A stretch of DNA of 64,000 bases from an uncultured Marinovum sp. (GTDB taxonomy: Bacteria; Pseudomonadota; Alphaproteobacteria; Rhodobacterales; Rhodobacteraceae), in contig CAYMIR010000001.1 in assembly GCA_964390655.1 (NCBI GenBank), positions 302-64,301 of the forward strand. Reading direction: 5' to 3'. The notes under the pieces were generated by a model, which saw nothing but the letters and a program-made list of their open reading frames with translations, ran no database searches and had not been told where the DNA came from. Positions 39,951-53,487 of this stretch are shown here, one piece after another. Made by a program: the position numbers and the translations under genes. The stretch's first letter is position 1. The number at the start of each line of letters is the position of its first letter.

Positions 39951-40964
39951 ATGCAATTTGGGCATTATATATCTGGAATTGCACATTTAGTACTTTTAAC
40001 GGGATTATTTATAGGCCCTGTATTCCAAAAAGAAGTAGACCCAATTGAATATTCAAGTGTTTCTTTAATTTCTGAACAGGAATTTATTGATCTTAATGCA
40101 TCTAATATCTCACCTTCAGTATCTGAAGAAACAAGTACGTTTACTCAAATGGGTGAAAATGATGATAATTTAAATTTTGCTTTTAAAGAAGAAAGTCAAA
40201 TTTTAAAATCAGAAGGACCTGAAGTGGTTTTGGATGAGCCTTTAGAACCATTAATAGAGAAACCGGAGATAGAAATACCTCCTTCACCAAAAACTCCTGA
40301 AGTATCTGAAAAACTGCAGCCCCCAGTTTCAGAAATATTAAATAAATTGCCAGATGTGCAAGATGAACCAGCTAAATTTGAAAAACCCAGCACAGTTTTG
40401 ACACCAACCCAAATACCGCAACCTGAAATCAAACTTTCCGAGTCATTAAAAAGTGCAACCAAATCTATAGATGAGCAAGATGCTGTGAAGGAGAAAAAAA
40501 AGACCTTAGCGGATAATTTGGTTTCATCACTGAGGCCTAAAAGGCGTCCGCGTTACATTCAAGAACCAAATTTTGAGATAAAATCAGAAAGTAAAATTAT
40601 AGAGTCGGCCATTTCTGAAGCAATTCAATCTTCGGCTTCCCAAAATAGTTTAAGTACTCCTTTGACAGAAACTGAAACTGATAATTTGCAGGCGGCAATA
40701 CAAGCATGTTGGTTGAGAGATCCTGGCTCATTAGCTGAAGATGTTCAATTAACGGTATTTATGTCCTTAGACAGAAATGGAAGAGTAAATCCAACCTCCA
40801 TTCAGGTTGTTGAAATATCGGGAGGTGACGAAGATGCACAAAAGGTGGCATTCAGAAGAGCAAAAATAGCAATTATAAGTTGTGGAAAAAACGGCTATAA
40901 GTTACCACCGAATAAATACGAACTTTGGCGAGAAATAGAAGTGGTGTTTGATCCAACCAAATGA
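39951..40964 (+). CDS. tolA: TolA
   Basis: N-terminal TM with SxxxH, Pro/Glu-rich linker, IQACW...YELWREIEVVFDP C-terminal domain, operon position. Confidence 0.82.
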   Translation: MQFGHYISGIAHLVLLTGLFIGPVFQKEVDPIEYSSVSLISEQEFIDLNASNISPSVSEETSTFTQMGENDDNLNFAFKEESQILKSEGPEVVLDEPLEPLIEKPEIEIPPSPKTPEVSEKLQPPVSEILNKLPDVQDEPAKFEKPSTVLTPTQIPQPEIKLSESLKSATKSIDEQDAVKEKKKTLADNLVSSLRPKRRPRYIQEPNFEIKSESKIIESAISEAIQSSASQNSLSTPLTETETDNLQAAIQACWLRDPGSLAEDVQLTVFMSLDRNGRVNPTSIQVVEISGGDEDAQKVAFRRAKIAIISCGKNGYKLPPNKYELWREIEVVFDPTK

Positions 40965-41001
40965 TGCAAATTGGAATAATTAAGCTGAAAATGAGGAATT
41001 A

Positions 41002-42309
41002 ATGTTAAAAACGTTCGCAATAATTATTTTCATTAATTTAACAACATTCGCTCAATCGGCGCCACTGCGCATTACAATAACAGAAGGCGTAATTGAACCG
41101 CTACCTTATGCTGCTCCTGAATTTATTGGCGAAACGGGCGCTTCTAATGAATTAGCTACCAAAATAACAGAATTAGTAAAAAGTGATTTACTAAGTACGG
41201 GGTTATTTCGAGAAGTTCCTAAGTCATCCTACATTTCTGGCATTGATAACTTCAATTCGCCTGTTCAATACTCGGACTGGAAAGCTATCAACGTACAGGC
41301 TCTTTTGACGGGCTCAGTTCTTGTTACAGGAGAAAAGCTATCAGTAAAATTCAGGCTTTTTGATGTTTTTTCAAATAATGAGCTTGGCAAAGGCCTTCAG
41401 TTTAATTCATCAAAGCAGGGATGGCGGCGTATTGCGCACAAGGTGGCTGATGAGGTTTATTCCCGAATAACAGGCGAGCGGGGATATTTTGATAGTCGTG
41501 TTGTTTATGTTGCCGAAACTGGGAAAAAAGGCTCCCGTAAAAAACGTTTGGCTATAATGGATTTTGATGGTGCAAATTCAAAATACCTGACTGATGGTTC
41601 TTACATTGTATTGGCCCCTCGGTTTTCACCTACGGGGGAACGTGTATTGTATACCAGTTATGAAACTGGCACGCCGCAGATATATGTGATAGATGTTTCT
41701 ACTGCTAGGAGAACGGTTTTGAAAAACCGTAAAGGAACTATGAGTTTTGCTCCGCGTTTTTCTCCAGATGGGCAGTCTGTTGTTTATTCTTTAGAGCAAG
41801 GTGGTAATACAGACATTTATGCCATGAACCTGAGAAATAGCTCAAGGGCCAGATTAACATCAGCGCCCTCAATTGAGACAGCGCCTAGTTTTTCACCAGA
41901 CGGATCCAAAATTGTATTTGAGAGTGATAGATCAGGAACCCAACAGCTATATGTAATGTCCTCCCTTGGAGGTAGTGCAAAAAGAATTAGTTCGGGAGAT
42001 GGCCGATATGGAACACCCGTTTGGTCTCCTCGTGGTGACCGAATAGCCTTTACTAAACAAAGTCGAGGGCGTTTTCATATTGGTGTTATGCGCATAGATG
42101 GATCTAAGGAAAGGTTGTTAACAGCGTCTTTCCTAGATGAAGGGCCAACTTGGTCTCCAAACGGCAGAGTTATTATGTTCACAAGAGAAACACAGGGAGA
42201 GCAAGGCGTTTCAGCTCTTTATTCGGTTGATATTTCAGGAAGAAACTTGAAGAAAGTTAAAACGAGAGATGGTGGATCTGATCCCTCGTGGTCACCACTT
42301 GGAAAATAA
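41002..42309 (+). CDS. tolB: TolB
   Basis: Signal peptide, AHKVAD, repeated PxFSPDG PD40 motifs. Confidence 0.96.
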   Translation: MLKTFAIIIFINLTTFAQSAPLRITITEGVIEPLPYAAPEFIGETGASNELATKITELVKSDLLSTGLFREVPKSSYISGIDNFNSPVQYSDWKAINVQALLTGSVLVTGEKLSVKFRLFDVFSNNELGKGLQFNSSKQGWRRIAHKVADEVYSRITGERGYFDSRVVYVAETGKKGSRKKRLAIMDFDGANSKYLTDGSYIVLAPRFSPTGERVLYTSYETGTPQIYVIDVSTARRTVLKNRKGTMSFAPRFSPDGQSVVYSLEQGGNTDIYAMNLRNSSRARLTSAPSIETAPSFSPDGSKIVFESDRSGTQQLYVMSSLGGSAKRISSGDGRYGTPVWSPRGDRIAFTKQSRGRFHIGVMRIDGSKERLLTASFLDEGPTWSPNGRVIMFTRETQGEQGVSALYSVDISGRNLKKVKTRDGGSDPSWSPLGK

Positions 42310-42362
42310 CATAATTTGCAGGGTTAATATTTCATGTTATCAATGGGTGTGAGAGGCGAAAA

Positions 42363-42869
42363 ATGACAAAATTTGTTTTTTATTTTTATGCAATTTTAGT
42401 TATATTTTTAGGTGGGTGTTCTCAAAATGCCTCAACTCAATTCTCAACAAACGGTAATTTGAACAGTTCTAGTGCTAAATTCGAAGGTGACGTTAGTGAT
42501 CCAGGCTCAATAGCTTTTTTTAAAAATAATGTTGGTGATCGTGTGCTATTTTCCATTGATCAATCAGATATAGATCAGTCTGGTAAAGATATATTGTTGG
42601 CTCAAGTAGATTGGCTACAAGCAAATGCTGATTACAAAATAATTATTGAGGGGCATGCAGATGAAAGGGGAACAAGAGAATATAATCTTGCTCTCGGAGC
42701 TCGAAGAGCCAATTCAGCTCGTGAATTTTTAGTATCGAGAGGGATAGAAAATACGCGCATTCAAACGGTGAGCTTTGGAAAAGAGCGGCCGGTAGAGCTT
42801 TGCAGTAATGAAAAATGCTATCGTGAAAATAGGCGAGCCGTTTCAGTAGTATCTAACCTAAATTTTTAG
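42363..42869 (+). CDS. pal: Peptidoglycan-associated lipoprotein
   Basis: Lipobox LGGC, EGHADERGTREYNLALGARRA, NRRA. Confidence 0.96.
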   Translation: MTKFVFYFYAILVIFLGGCSQNASTQFSTNGNLNSSSAKFEGDVSDPGSIAFFKNNVGDRVLFSIDQSDIDQSGKDILLAQVDWLQANADYKIIIEGHADERGTREYNLALGARRANSAREFLVSRGIENTRIQTVSFGKERPVELCSNEKCYRENRRAVSVVSNLNF

Positions 42870-42881
42870 TTGGAGTTTGAG

Positions 42882-43697
42882 ATGATAAGGTTAGTTGTAA
42901 TAATTTTTACGTTACTATCTGTGCCAACAATATTTTACGCGGAAGAAAATAAAAAAACTTTAGCTGACATAAGGCAAGATCTTAATATCCTTTATGTTGA
43001 AGTTCTGAAACTAAGACGTGAATTGTCTACGACACAGACTTCGTCGATGATTCCAAATAGCGAGGCTTCTGTATTGGAAAGACTTGATGGTATGGAACAG
43101 GAACTGAGACGTTTAACTTCAGAGACAGAGAATTTAGAATTTAGAGTAAACAATATTGTAAGTGATGGCACCAACAGAGTCCGTGATCTTGAATATCGTT
43201 TGGTGGAATTAGAAGGGGGCGATGTAAGCAAAATTGACTTTGCTACAACGCTTGGAGGTGATTTAGGACTATCTCAGGAGAGTAATAGCGAAGAAAATTC
43301 TGGGCCAGAGTTGGCAATTGGAGAAAAAGCAGATTATGAAAATGCTCAAAATGCTTTAATAGAGGAACGTTTCGAGGATTCTCTTATATTGTTTGAGCGT
43401 TTTTTAGAGAACTATCCGGACAGCCCATTAAGCGCTTCTGTTATTATAGCCAGGGGAAATGCATATGAGGGGCTTGGAGAGATCAAAAAAGCAGCAAGAG
43501 CATATCTAAATAGTTTTTCTTTATATGAAGACTCGCCGGTTGCCCCAGAAGCTTTAACGCTTTTAGGAAATGCACTTGTCAGTTTAGGACAAACAGACGC
43601 CGGATGCCAAACTTTAGCGCAAGTTCTAATGCGTTTTCCGGATTCTGATTTTAATCTTGAGGCTGAGAAAATGATGTCGGAACTGCAGTGTCCTTGA
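42882..43697 (+). CDS. cpoB: Tol-Pal protein CpoB/YbgF
   Basis: Signal peptide, coiled coil, TPRs. ATG 42882 with GGAG upstream. Confidence 0.88.
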   Translation: MIRLVVIIFTLLSVPTIFYAEENKKTLADIRQDLNILYVEVLKLRRELSTTQTSSMIPNSEASVLERLDGMEQELRRLTSETENLEFRVNNIVSDGTNRVRDLEYRLVELEGGDVSKIDFATTLGGDLGLSQESNSEENSGPELAIGEKADYENAQNALIEERFEDSLILFERFLENYPDSPLSASVIIARGNAYEGLGEIKKAARAYLNSFSLYEDSPVAPEALTLLGNALVSLGQTDAGCQTLAQVLMRFPDSDFNLEAEKMMSELQCP

Positions 43698-44947
43698 CTG
43701 TTAAAATTACGTCGCCAATATTTCAGACGCTTTCAGAACTAAGAGAAGAGTATGGTTTTGATGAACTAGGATTAGCTGTCTCTGGCGGAAGTGACAGTTT
43801 AGCAATGCTATATATTTGTAATGATTGGGCATTAAAAAACAAAGTTAAATTGCACTGCGTAACAGTGGATCACCAGCTTCGGTCTGAGTCGTCAAAAGAG
43901 GCAGAATTAGTTGCTGGTCATTGCGACGGACTGGGCATTAATCATGAAATAGTCAAATGGAAACATGAAAGAAACATCAGTGGTAATTTGTCTGACTTGG
44001 CGCGCTCAGCTAGATATGGATTAATTGATAAATGGCGCAAGGATTTGAGTTTTGTTCTAGTGGGCCATACTCAAAATGATCAGATTGAAACCTTTTTTAT
44101 GAATTTAAAAAGAGGATCTGGGATCGAGGGTTTGAAAGGCATGCCTGTAAGCTTCAAAAGACCTGAAGGTTATTTCATACTCAGACCATTAATTCATTCT
44201 TCAAGAGAAAGCTTGCAAAAAGTTCTTCAGGAAAAAAATATAAACTGGGTAAGTGATCCATCTAATTTGGATGAAACTTTTGAAAGAATTTCCCAGCGTA
44301 AAACTTGGGAAAAATTGAAATCGAAGGGTTTTTCCGAGAGCCGTATCGAATTAAGTGTGGCTCATATGCGAAGGGCTCATGATGCTTTGCAACAAATGCT
44401 ACCAATCCATTTCAAACAAATTGGCAACCAAGAGCTAACAGATTTATTGTGGGATTATAAAGCCTTTATTGCATTGCCGGAAGAGTTTAAACTTCGCCTA
44501 ATTTCTTCTGCAGTAATGTGGCTTGGTAATTTGCATTACCGGCCCAGATTTAAAGCAGTGTTGGATGTTTTGAAAAATATCAAGGAAAAGAGAGCAACGG
44601 TACTGGGTGGCTCTATATTTTATCACCATGCTGGAAAAATTCGGATTACAACTGAGTTCAAGTCCTTGATGGACAGCGAAATAAATTGCTCACTTGGGTT
44701 GGTATGGCGAAATATTTGGAAGGTAAAAAGAGAAATTAAAGGCGGTTACGTAGGTCCTATTGGCATACATGGGAATAATCAGTTGTCGAAACAACAAAGA
44801 TCAACCATGCCCTTCCGATCAAGAATTATTCAGCCGGGTATTTTTTTGAAAGCAAAACTTTTGTTTGCCCCAACAATTGATAATGAAAGTTCAGGGTATT
44901 TGTCATTTTGTGGAATAAAGTTTAATGATTTTCTTAAGAGCCATTGA
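43688..44947 (+). CDS. tilS: tRNA(Ile)-lysidine synthetase
   Basis: AVSGGSDS, VDHQLR, GHTQNDQIET, DPSN. Upstream of ftsH. Confidence 0.92.
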   Translation: MSLTVKITSPIFQTLSELREEYGFDELGLAVSGGSDSLAMLYICNDWALKNKVKLHCVTVDHQLRSESSKEAELVAGHCDGLGINHEIVKWKHERNISGNLSDLARSARYGLIDKWRKDLSFVLVGHTQNDQIETFFMNLKRGSGIEGLKGMPVSFKRPEGYFILRPLIHSSRESLQKVLQEKNINWVSDPSNLDETFERISQRKTWEKLKSKGFSESRIELSVAHMRRAHDALQQMLPIHFKQIGNQELTDLLWDYKAFIALPEEFKLRLISSAVMWLGNLHYRPRFKAVLDVLKNIKEKRATVLGGSIFYHHAGKIRITTEFKSLMDSEINCSLGLVWRNIWKVKREIKGGYVGPIGIHGNNQLSKQQRSTMPFRSRIIQPGIFLKAKLLFAPTIDNESSGYLSFCGIKFNDFLKSH

Positions 44948-45013
44948 ACCTGGCGTTTGAATTTCTATATTGTTACCAAAGCATGTCAAACTAGATCATT
45001 CTGGAGTAATCTC

Positions 45014-46921
45014 TTGGGAAATAATCGAAACGTAGCATTTTGGGTAGTCCTATTCCTTTTAATCGTGGTATTGTTCAATGTGTTCAGCACCGGCAGTAGT
45101 AGTATGCAAAGCCGAGAGGTCCCATTTTCAGAGTTTGTTAAAAATGTGACCGGGGGAGAGATTAGGGCCGTAACTCTTGATGGAGAAAAGGTGCGGTTTA
45201 CGGGGCCTGATAACAGAGAGCAATTTACTATCCGCCCCAGTGATGCTGATGTAACAAATTTATTAATCGCAAATGATGTTGCAATCAGAGCTGAACAACA
45301 GGAAACATCTGGTCTGCAGTCTTTCTTAATGACCGTGTTTCCATTTCTACTACTGATAGGGGTTTGGATTTATTTCATGAACCGAATGCAAGGTGGTGGC
45401 AGAGGTGGAGCTATGGGTTTTGGGAAATCCAAAGCAAAGTTGCTTACTGAAAAACAAGGCAGGGTGACCTTTGATGATGTTGCGGGAATAGACGAAGCTA
45501 AAGAAGAGCTTGAAGAGATTGTAGAATTTCTAAGAAACCCCCAAAAGTTTAGCAAACTTGGAGGTAAAATACCTACCGGTGCTTTATTGGTGGGGCCTCC
45601 GGGGACTGGTAAAACGCTTTTAGCTAGAGCGATAGCAGGAGAAGCAGGTGTACCATTTTTTACGATTTCTGGTTCAGATTTTGTTGAAATGTTTGTCGGT
45701 GTCGGCGCCTCTCGTGTGAGAGATATGTTTGAGCAGGCTAAAAAGAATGCGCCTTGCATAGTTTTTATTGACGAGATTGATGCTGTGGGGCGTAACCGAG
45801 GTAGCGGTTACGGTGGTGGAAACGATGAACGTGAACAAACTCTAAACCAGCTTCTTGTTGAGATGGATGGCTTTGAAGCCAACGAAGGTGTTATTATATT
45901 AGCGGCTACAAACCGTAGAGATGTGCTGGACCCGGCATTGCTCCGCCCAGGTCGATTTGATCGAACAGTGAACGTACCAAATCCAGATATAAAAGGTCGG
46001 GAAAAAATTCTTAATGTGCACGCGAAAAAAACACCTTTGGGACCAGATGTTGATCTTCGTTTGATAGCCAGAGGGACGCCAGGGTTTTCGGGCGCTGACT
46101 TGGCAAATTTGGTAAACGAAGCAGCGTTGATGGCTGCACGTATAGGTAGGTCAGTAATAACAATGATCGATTTCGAAAACGCGAAAGATAAAGTAATGAT
46201 GGGTTCCGAAAGACGTTCGATGGTTCTGACTCAAGAGCAAAAAGAAAAAACAGCTTTCCATGAAGCTGGACATGCAGTTGTAGGGCTAGCTTTACCTCAG
46301 TGTGATCCGGTATACAAAGCCACAATTATTCCTCGGGGAGGTGCTTTAGGAATGGTTGTATCACTTCCTGAAATTGATCGGCTAAATTGGCATAAATCTG
46401 AATGTGAAGAAAAATTGGCAATGACGATGGCTGGGAAAGCTGCTGAAATTATTAAATATGGTTCTGGTAATGTGTCCAATGGGCCAGCTGGAGACATTCA
46501 GCAAGCTTCAGGGTTGGCTAGAGCAATGGTTCTTCGGTGGGGTATGTCCGATAAGGTCGGGAATATTGATTACACAGAAGCTCATGAAGGGTACCAAGGT
46601 AACACGGCTGGGTTTTCAGTGTCGGCAAATACAAAAGAGTTGATAGAGGAAGAAGTCAAGAAATTTATTCAACAAGGCTATGATACAGCTTTTAAAATAT
46701 TAACAAAAAAGAAAAAAGAATGGGAGCGTTTGGCTGCCGGCTTACTTGAGTATGAAACTTTGACTGGTGAAGAAATAAAGAAGGTAATGAATGGGGATCC
46801 ACCGTTTTCTGACGATGAAGACAAGGATGATGGTAGTGCGTCAGCACCCTCAGTTACTGCTATACCAAAAACGAAGCCTAAAGCAAAACCAAGTGGTACT
46901 ATGGAGCCAGAGCCTAGCTAA
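45014..46921 (+). CDS. ftsH: ATP-dependent zinc metalloprotease FtsH
   Basis: Two TMs, [25 protein letters not shown]. Probable TTG start at 45014 with GGAG at 45003. Confidence 0.97.
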   Translation: MGNNRNVAFWVVLFLLIVVLFNVFSTGSSSMQSREVPFSEFVKNVTGGEIRAVTLDGEKVRFTGPDNREQFTIRPSDADVTNLLIANDVAIRAEQQETSGLQSFLMTVFPFLLLIGVWIYFMNRMQGGGRGGAMGFGKSKAKLLTEKQGRVTFDDVAGIDEAKEELEEIVEFLRNPQKFSKLGGKIPTGALLVGPPGTGKTLLARAIAGEAGVPFFTISGSDFVEMFVGVGASRVRDMFEQAKKNAPCIVFIDEIDAVGRNRGSGYGGGNDEREQTLNQLLVEMDGFEANEGVIILAATNRRDVLDPALLRPGRFDRTVNVPNPDIKGREKILNVHAKKTPLGPDVDLRLIARGTPGFSGADLANLVNEAALMAARIGRSVITMIDFENAKDKVMMGSERRSMVLTQEQKEKTAFHEAGHAVVGLALPQCDPVYKATIIPRGGALGMVVSLPEIDRLNWHKSECEEKLAMTMAGKAAEIIKYGSGNVSNGPAGDIQQASGLARAMVLRWGMSDKVGNIDYTEAHEGYQGNTAGFSVSANTKELIEEEVKKFIQQGYDTAFKILTKKKKEWERLAAGLLEYETLTGEEIKKVMNGDPPFSDDEDKDDGSASAPSVTAIPKTKPKAKPSGTMEPEPS

Positions 46922-46954
46922 ATTGGCGTTTTCTATCTAAAAAGTGTTTTAACC

Positions 46955-48343
46955 TTAAGCGTGGATTGCGCCACTTCCGCATGCCAAAGCAGCTTCTCGG
47001 ACTGCTTCTGAGTAGGTTGGATGGGCGTGACATGTGAGGGCTACATCCTGAGCTGATGCTCCAAACTCCATAGCAATGCATAGCTCGTGAATGAGATCTC
47101 CAGCTGCTGGTCCAACGATGTGTGCTCCTAAAATACGGTCACTTTCCTTATCAGCTATAATTTTCACAAAGCCATCCGCTGCAAAATTCGCCTTTGCTCT
47201 ACCATTCCCCATAAACATAAATTTTCCAATTTTGACGGACCTGTCACTTTCTTTAGCTTGCTCTTCAGTTAAACCTACGGAAGCCACTTCTGGAGCAGTA
47301 TAAATGACACTCGGAATTACTTGATAGTTAACATGGCCATTTTTGCCAACGATTTGCTCTGCGACCGCCATACCCTCATCTTCTGCTTTATGCGCCAACA
47401 TTGGCCCTTCAACAACATCCCCAATCGCGTATATATTTGGTATATTTGTTCGCCATCCGCTGTCAGTTTTGATTTGGCCACGCTCAGTTAGTTCTATATT
47501 CAACTTGTCTAGCCCCAGACCATTAGTATTTGGTTTTCTACCAGTTGCGACTAAAATAATATCCCCATCTAGCTCGTGCAGGCTATTATCTTTGTTAAGC
47601 TTGTATTTAACCTTTCCCACAGATTTTGACTTGCTAGCCGATTGCACAGCAGCACCCATAATAAAAGAGATACCCTGTTTTTTCAAAATTCTTTGAAAAG
47701 TTTTTTGCACCTCTTTATCCATGCCGGGAGTTATATAATCCAGATACTCAATAATCGTAACTTTTGTCCCAAGACGGGCATAAACAGAGCCAAGTTCCAA
47801 GCCAATTACGCCTGCTCCTATAACCGTCATTTTTTTTGGTATTTTAGATAATGACAGTGCTCCAGTTGATGACACAATTATTTTTTCGTCAATTTCGACA
47901 TTAGGGATTGTACTTGGCTCTGATCCTGAAGCGATAATTATATTGTTCGCATCATAAGTTGTTTTGTTTATTTGAACTTTTCCCGGCGCAGATATCGATG
48001 CCCACCCTTTTAAATGATCTATTTTATTTTTTTTGAATAAAAATTCGATGCCTTTGGTATTTGCATCAATTGTTTCAGTTTTATAATTTTGCATTTTAGC
48101 CCAATCTATAGATGGTGGCTTTGCTATTAATCCCATTTTTTCAAAATTGTGTTCTGCCTCATGGAGTTGATGGCTGGCGTGCAATAACGCTTTGGACGGA
48201 ATACAACCGACATTTAAACATGTTCCGCCGAGAGTATCACGCCCTTCAACGCATGCAGTGTGAAGACCCATTTGAGCGCAACGAATAGACGCGACATAAC
48301 CGCCTGGCCCTCCACCTATGACTATAACATCATATTTTGACAT
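46955..48343 (-). CDS. lpdA: Dihydrolipoamide dehydrogenase
   Basis: [27 protein letters not shown]. Confidence 0.97.
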   Translation of the reverse strand: MSKYDVIVIGGGPGGYVASIRCAQMGLHTACVEGRDTLGGTCLNVGCIPSKALLHASHQLHEAEHNFEKMGLIAKPPSIDWAKMQNYKTETIDANTKGIEFLFKKNKIDHLKGWASISAPGKVQINKTTYDANNIIIASGSEPSTIPNVEIDEKIIVSSTGALSLSKIPKKMTVIGAGVIGLELGSVYARLGTKVTIIEYLDYITPGMDKEVQKTFQRILKKQGISFIMGAAVQSASKSKSVGKVKYKLNKDNSLHELDGDIILVATGRKPNTNGLGLDKLNIELTERGQIKTDSGWRTNIPNIYAIGDVVEGPMLAHKAEDEGMAVAEQIVGKNGHVNYQVIPSVIYTAPEVASVGLTEEQAKESDRSVKIGKFMFMGNGRAKANFAADGFVKIIADKESDRILGAHIVGPAAGDLIHELCIAMEFGASAQDVALTCHAHPTYSEAVREAALACGSGAIHA

Positions 48344-48365
48344 CCCATTTCCCTTTTGTATATCA

Positions 48366-49586
48366 TCAAAGATCCATAAGAAGCCGTCTGGGGTCTTCTA
48401 GAGCTTCTTTTACCCTTACTAAAAATGTTACCGCGCCTTTCCCATCTACAATCCTATGATCGTAACTCAATGCTAGATACATCATGGGCCGGATTACTAC
48501 TTCTCCGTTTATTGCCATAGGCCGCTCTTGGATTTTATGCATGCCCAAAATACCAGACTGTGGTGGATTTAAAATTGGTGAAGACATAAGAGATCCGTAA
48601 ACTCCCCCGTTTGAAATAGTAAAGGTTCCACCTTGCATTTCATCCATGCTAAGTTTGCCGTCTCTCGCTCGTTTTCCTTTTTCGGCGATAGACTTTTCAA
48701 TATCTGCAAAAGACATGCTGTCAGCATTTCGAATAACTGGAACGACTAATCCGGTTGGGGTCCCTGCAGCTATTCCCATGTGCACATAATTTTTATAAAC
48801 AATATCTGTTGCGTCTATTTCTGCATTAACTTCGGGAACTTCTTTGAGAGCATGGCAGCAAGCCTTCGTAAAAAAAGACATAAAACCGAGCTTGGTACCG
48901 TGTTTTTTTTCAAATAATTCCCTAAATTCAGTTCTAAGAGACATAACCTCTGTCATATCTACTTCATTGTAAGTTGTGAGCATCGCGGCTGTATTTTGAC
49001 TATCTTTAAGGCGTTTTGCTATTGTTTGTCTTAATCGGGTCATTTTAACCCGTTCTTCTCGATCTGCATCTTCTATTGAACTAGGAGCGCGAGGGGGTGA
49101 ACTCTTTTCTGTTTCCTCAATCCCAGCAGACTGTACAGCTTTCAGCACATCGGTTTTCATTATTCGACCATCTTTTCCCGTTCCAACGATCTTATCGGAT
49201 GAAATTTTATTCTCAGCCATTAGTTTTTTTGCTGATGGAGCGTTTTCGATATCGGTATTTTGATTTTCAGATCTTATTTCTGTACTAGCTTCGGTGATAT
49301 TTTTATCTTCTTTTGAAGTCTGTATTTTTTCATTTTCCAGTTTTTCAAGGCTGCCCTCACTGATTGTTGTAAGCAGTGCGTCCATACTTACGATACTTCC
49401 TTCTTGGGCAACGATACTTCCCATAACTCCTGCAGCAGGGCTTGGGACCTCCACTGTTACTTTGTCCGTTTCTAATTCACACAGCATTTCATCCATATTT
49501 ATGCTATCACCAGGCTGCTTAAACCAAGTGGCAACTGTTGCTTCTGTCACGCTTTCGCCAAGAGTAGGAACACGTACGTCGGTCAT
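48366..49586 (-). CDS. sucB: 2-oxoglutarate dehydrogenase E2
   Basis: Single lipoyl [21 protein letters not shown]. Confidence 0.97.
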   Translation of the reverse strand: MTDVRVPTLGESVTEATVATWFKQPGDSINMDEMLCELETDKVTVEVPSPAAGVMGSIVAQEGSIVSMDALLTTISEGSLEKLENEKIQTSKEDKNITEASTEIRSENQNTDIENAPSAKKLMAENKISSDKIVGTGKDGRIMKTDVLKAVQSAGIEETEKSSPPRAPSSIEDADREERVKMTRLRQTIAKRLKDSQNTAAMLTTYNEVDMTEVMSLRTEFRELFEKKHGTKLGFMSFFTKACCHALKEVPEVNAEIDATDIVYKNYVHMGIAAGTPTGLVVPVIRNADSMSFADIEKSIAEKGKRARDGKLSMDEMQGGTFTISNGGVYGSLMSSPILNPPQSGILGMHKIQERPMAINGEVVIRPMMYLALSYDHRIVDGKGAVTFLVRVKEALEDPRRLLMDL

Positions 49587-52552
49587 TTTTTGGTTTCCTT
49601 TAAATTTAAAGCTTCATCAACGAGCAATTTTTGTTGCTCTTTATGTTGGCTCGCTAGTCCTGTAGCTGGTGAAGCACTTGCTGGCCTACCAACAAAAATT
49701 GGTCTGGTGAATTTCGCACTCATCCTACTTAAAACCCATTCTATATTTGGTTCCATGAATGACCATGCACCTTGATTTTTTGGTTCTTCTTGGCACCAAA
49801 TCATCTCTGCATTTTGAAATCTCTCAAGCTCTTTAACTGCTGACATTGCCGGAAAAGGATAAAATTGCTCAAATCGGAGTAAATAGATATCATTTAACTC
49901 TCTTGCGTCTCTTTCTTCCAATAAATCGAAGTAGACTTTTCCTGAGCACATAACTACCCGTTTAATTTCTTTATCTTTTACTAATTTGGTAGTTGAGTTT
50001 CCCTTTTCCGCATCATCCCACAAAACACGATGGAAAGAAGATCCGTTAGTAAAATCGTCGACTTTTGAGGTGCACCTTTTATGCCTGAGGAGTGATTTGG
50101 GTGTCATCAGAACAAGAGGTTTTCGAAAATCCCGATGCACTTGTCTTCTCAAGATGTGAAAGTAGTTAGCGGGCGTAGAGCAATTGGCTACAATCCAATT
50201 ATCTTGACCGCACATTTGCAAAAAACGCTCCAATCTTGCTGAACTATGCTCTGGACCTTGCCCTTCAAATCCATGTGGTAACAGCATTGTTAATCCGGAC
50301 ATTCGGAGCCATTTGCTTTCACCAGAACTAATAAACTGATCAAACATTATCTGAGCACCATTAGCAAAATCACCAAATTGTGCTTCCCATAAAACTAGTG
50401 CATTTGGTTCAGCCAGAGAATACCCGTATTCAAACCCCAAGACTGCATATTCAGATAACATAGAATCTATTACTTCGTATTTGGCTTGACCTTGTCTTAT
50501 ATTATTCAGGGGATAATAACGCTCTTCAGTTGACTGGCTGATTAGCCCCGAATGCCTCTGGCTAAAGGTGCCGCGTGTACTATCTTGCCCTGATAATCGA
50601 ACGGGAAACCCTTCTGTTAAAAGAGATCCAAATGCAAGAGCTTCAGCGGTTGCCCAATCAAAACCTTCGCCACTATCGAACATTTTTCCTTTAGTGCCCA
50701 AAAGCCTGGCAACTGTCTTGTGCAATTCATAATCTTTTGGTGGGTTAGATAAAGCTTTACCAATATCGAAGAAAGTTTCTTCACTAATTGCTGTTTTCCC
50801 CCTTTGGTAATCGTCTCTATGTCTATCCAAATGGGACCATCTTCCATCAAGCCAGTCAGCCTTATTTGGTTTATAGTCTCGACCAGCTTCAAATTCATCG
50901 TTCATCTTTGCCTGAAAAGACGCTTTCATATCTTCGATTTCACCTTCAGGGATAAGTCCATCATTGACCAGTCTTTCGGTATAAATTGAAAGTGAAGTTT
51001 TTTGTTTTTTGATGTGTTTATACATTAGAGGATTTGTGAACATAGGCTCATCCCCTTCATTATGCCCAAATCGTCGATAACATATGATATCTAAAACAAC
51101 ATCTTTTTGAAATTTTTGCCGATATTCTGTTGCTACTTTAGCTGCATGAACAACAGCCTCTGGATCATCTCCGTTCACGTGAAATATAGGAGCTTCTACC
51201 ATTAATGCTATGTCTGTTGGATAAGGTGATGATCTACTAAAGTGGGGTGCAGTCGTAAAACCAATCTGGTTATTAACCACGATATGCATTGTGCCGCCTG
51301 CTTTGTGCCCAATTAAACCTGATAAACCGAAACATTCAGCAACCACACCTTGGCCAGCAAATGCGGCATCGCCATGCAATAGTACGGGCATAACAGAGGT
51401 TCGCTTATTATCTTTTAACTGTTCTTGTTTGGCTCTCGCTTTGCCAATAACAACGGGGTTTACGGCTTCTAAATGGCTAGGGTTTGCAGTTAAGGAGAGA
51501 TGGACATTATTTCCATCAAATTCGCGATCTGACGATGCTCCGAGATGGTATTTGACATCCCCTGATCCATCTACCGCGTCTGGTTTAAAAGATCCTCCTT
51601 GGAACTCATTAAATATCGCCCGATAAGGTTTGTTCATAACATTAGCAAGCACTGATAATCGGCCTCTATGAGGCATGCCTATTACTATTTCCTTAACTCC
51701 GAGTGCCCCTCCACGCTTTATGATTTGTTCCATGGCAGGAATTAGGCTTTCTCCACCATCTAAACCAAAGCGTTTAGTTCCCATGTATTTAACGTGTAGA
51801 AATTTTTCGAAGCCTTCTGCTTCAACTAATTTGTTCAAAATAGCTTTTCGTCCCTCTCGGGTAAATTTTATCTCTTTCCCAAAGCCCTCTATTCTCTCCT
51901 TAAGCCATGCTGATTGATCTGGATCAGAAATATGCATGTATTGCAAAGCAAAAGTACCGCAATAAGTTCTTTGAACGATTTCAACAATTTGTCTCATTGT
52001 AGCAATTTGAAGACCGAGTACATTATCAATAAAAATTGGACGGTCCAAATCGGTTTCTAAAAAGCCATAATTTTTTGGATCTAAGGATTCTTTTGCTGCT
52101 GATGTATCTCTCATACCAAGAGGATCCAAATCGGCTGCAAGATGCCCACGTATTCTATAGGCCCGGATGAGCATTAAAGCTCGAACGCTATCTAGAACTG
52201 CGCGTTGAATTGCATCATTGGATATTTCAATATTCTTTTCTTTGGCTACTTTGTTTATTTTTTCGACAATGTGCTCAGTTTCTTCGCTTTTATTCCATTG
52301 CCCGTCTAATGCAGCTGTCAGGTCATCGTTTAAAGCGGGTGGCCAGTCGCGTCTGCCCCAGCTGGGACCTGCTGCATCCTTTTTAATACTTACTTCATCA
52401 TCCCCCATAGCCTTGAAAAATTCTTGCCAGGTTTCATCTAAAGCTTTTGGGTCGCGTGCATATTGCGCGTATAGTTGTTCTAAATATTCAGCATTATGCC
52501 CCTGCATAAAAGAAGTGGCGTTAAACTCTGAGTTGGGGGGGTGATCATTCAT
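49583..52552 (-). CDS. sucA: 2-oxoglutarate dehydrogenase E1
   Basis: [37 protein letters not shown]. Confidence 0.98.
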   Translation of the reverse strand: MNDHPPNSEFNATSFMQGHNAEYLEQLYAQYARDPKALDETWQEFFKAMGDDEVSIKKDAAGPSWGRRDWPPALNDDLTAALDGQWNKSEETEHIVEKINKVAKEKNIEISNDAIQRAVLDSVRALMLIRAYRIRGHLAADLDPLGMRDTSAAKESLDPKNYGFLETDLDRPIFIDNVLGLQIATMRQIVEIVQRTYCGTFALQYMHISDPDQSAWLKERIEGFGKEIKFTREGRKAILNKLVEAEGFEKFLHVKYMGTKRFGLDGGESLIPAMEQIIKRGGALGVKEIVIGMPHRGRLSVLANVMNKPYRAIFNEFQGGSFKPDAVDGSGDVKYHLGASSDREFDGNNVHLSLTANPSHLEAVNPVVIGKARAKQEQLKDNKRTSVMPVLLHGDAAFAGQGVVAECFGLSGLIGHKAGGTMHIVVNNQIGFTTAPHFSRSSPYPTDIALMVEAPIFHVNGDDPEAVVHAAKVATEYRQKFQKDVVLDIICYRRFGHNEGDEPMFTNPLMYKHIKKQKTSLSIYTERLVNDGLIPEGEIEDMKASFQAKMNDEFEAGRDYKPNKADWLDGRWSHLDRHRDDYQRGKTAISEETFFDIGKALSNPPKDYELHKTVARLLGTKGKMFDSGEGFDWATAEALAFGSLLTEGFPVRLSGQDSTRGTFSQRHSGLISQSTEERYYPLNNIRQGQAKYEVIDSMLSEYAVLGFEYGYSLAEPNALVLWEAQFGDFANGAQIMFDQFISSGESKWLRMSGLTMLLPHGFEGQGPEHSSARLERFLQMCGQDNWIVANCSTPANYFHILRRQVHRDFRKPLVLMTPKSLLRHKRCTSKVDDFTNGSSFHRVLWDDAEKGNSTTKLVKDKEIKRVVMCSGKVYFDLLEERDARELNDIYLLRFEQFYPFPAMSAVKELERFQNAEMIWCQEEPKNQGAWSFMEPNIEWVLSRMSAKFTRPIFVGRPASASPATGLASQHKEQQKLLVDEALNLKETKK

Positions 52553-52602
52553 TACTTTTGCCTCGCCTCACGTTTATGGTTTTAATGATTTTTTTATCTT
52601 TT

Positions 52603-53484
52603 TTATCCAATTGCTTTCAACACTGCTTCGCCTAAACTGCCTGGGCTTTCCGCGACAATTATACCCGCCGATTGCATTGCTTCGATTTTATCTTCAGCCC
52701 CACCTTTGCCGCCCGCCACGATAGCTCCAGCGTGCCCCATTCTCCTACCAGGTGGTGCCGTTCGACCTGCAATAAAACCCGCTGTTGGTTTGCTTCGCCC
52801 TTTTTTGGCCTCATCTTTTAAAAATTGGGCGGCTTCTTCTTCAGCTGATCCGCCTATTTCCCCTATCATGATGATGCTTTCTGTTTCATCATCCTTCAAA
52901 AACCATTCAAGGACATCTACGTGCTCCGTTCCTTTGACTGGATCTCCTCCAATTCCAACACATGACGATTGTCCTAAGCCAACATCAGAAGTTTGCTTTA
53001 CGGCTTCATACGTTAAAGTGCCTGATCTTGATACAACTCCAACAGATCCACGCTTGTGAATATGGCCAGGCATTATGCCTATTTTACAAGCATCTGGGGT
53101 TATTACTCCTGGACAGTTTGGGCCAACAAGAATGGAACTTGAGTTTTCGAGTGCTCGCTTTACCTTTAGCATATCTTGAACTGGGATACCCTCAGTAATG
53201 CAAACGATTAGCTCCATTCCAGCATCTATTGCTTCCAAAATAGAATCTGCCGCAAAGGGCGGAGGTACATATATTACAGAGGCATCTGCTTTAGTTACGT
53301 GTTTTGCTTCGTGCACAGAGTTGAATACAGGCAGACCTAAATGACTGCCACCGCCTTTGCCAGGGGTAACGCCGCCCACCATTTTTGTTCCGTAATCTAT
53401 GGCTTGCTCGGAATGAAATGTTCCTTGTGAACCGGTAAAGCCCTGACATATCACTTTAGTTTTTTCGTCGATTAACACTGCCAT
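52603..53484 (-). CDS. sucD: Succinyl-CoA ligase alpha subunit
   Basis: [22 protein letters not shown]. Confidence 0.98.
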   Translation of the reverse strand: MAVLIDEKTKVICQGFTGSQGTFHSEQAIDYGTKMVGGVTPGKGGGSHLGLPVFNSVHEAKHVTKADASVIYVPPPFAADSILEAIDAGMELIVCITEGIPVQDMLKVKRALENSSSILVGPNCPGVITPDACKIGIMPGHIHKRGSVGVVSRSGTLTYEAVKQTSDVGLGQSSCVGIGGDPVKGTEHVDVLEWFLKDDETESIIMIGEIGGSAEEEAAQFLKDEAKKGRSKPTAGFIAGRTAPPGRRMGHAGAIVAGGKGGAEDKIEAMQSAGIIVAESPGSLGEAVLKAIG

Positions 53485-53487
53485 TGC

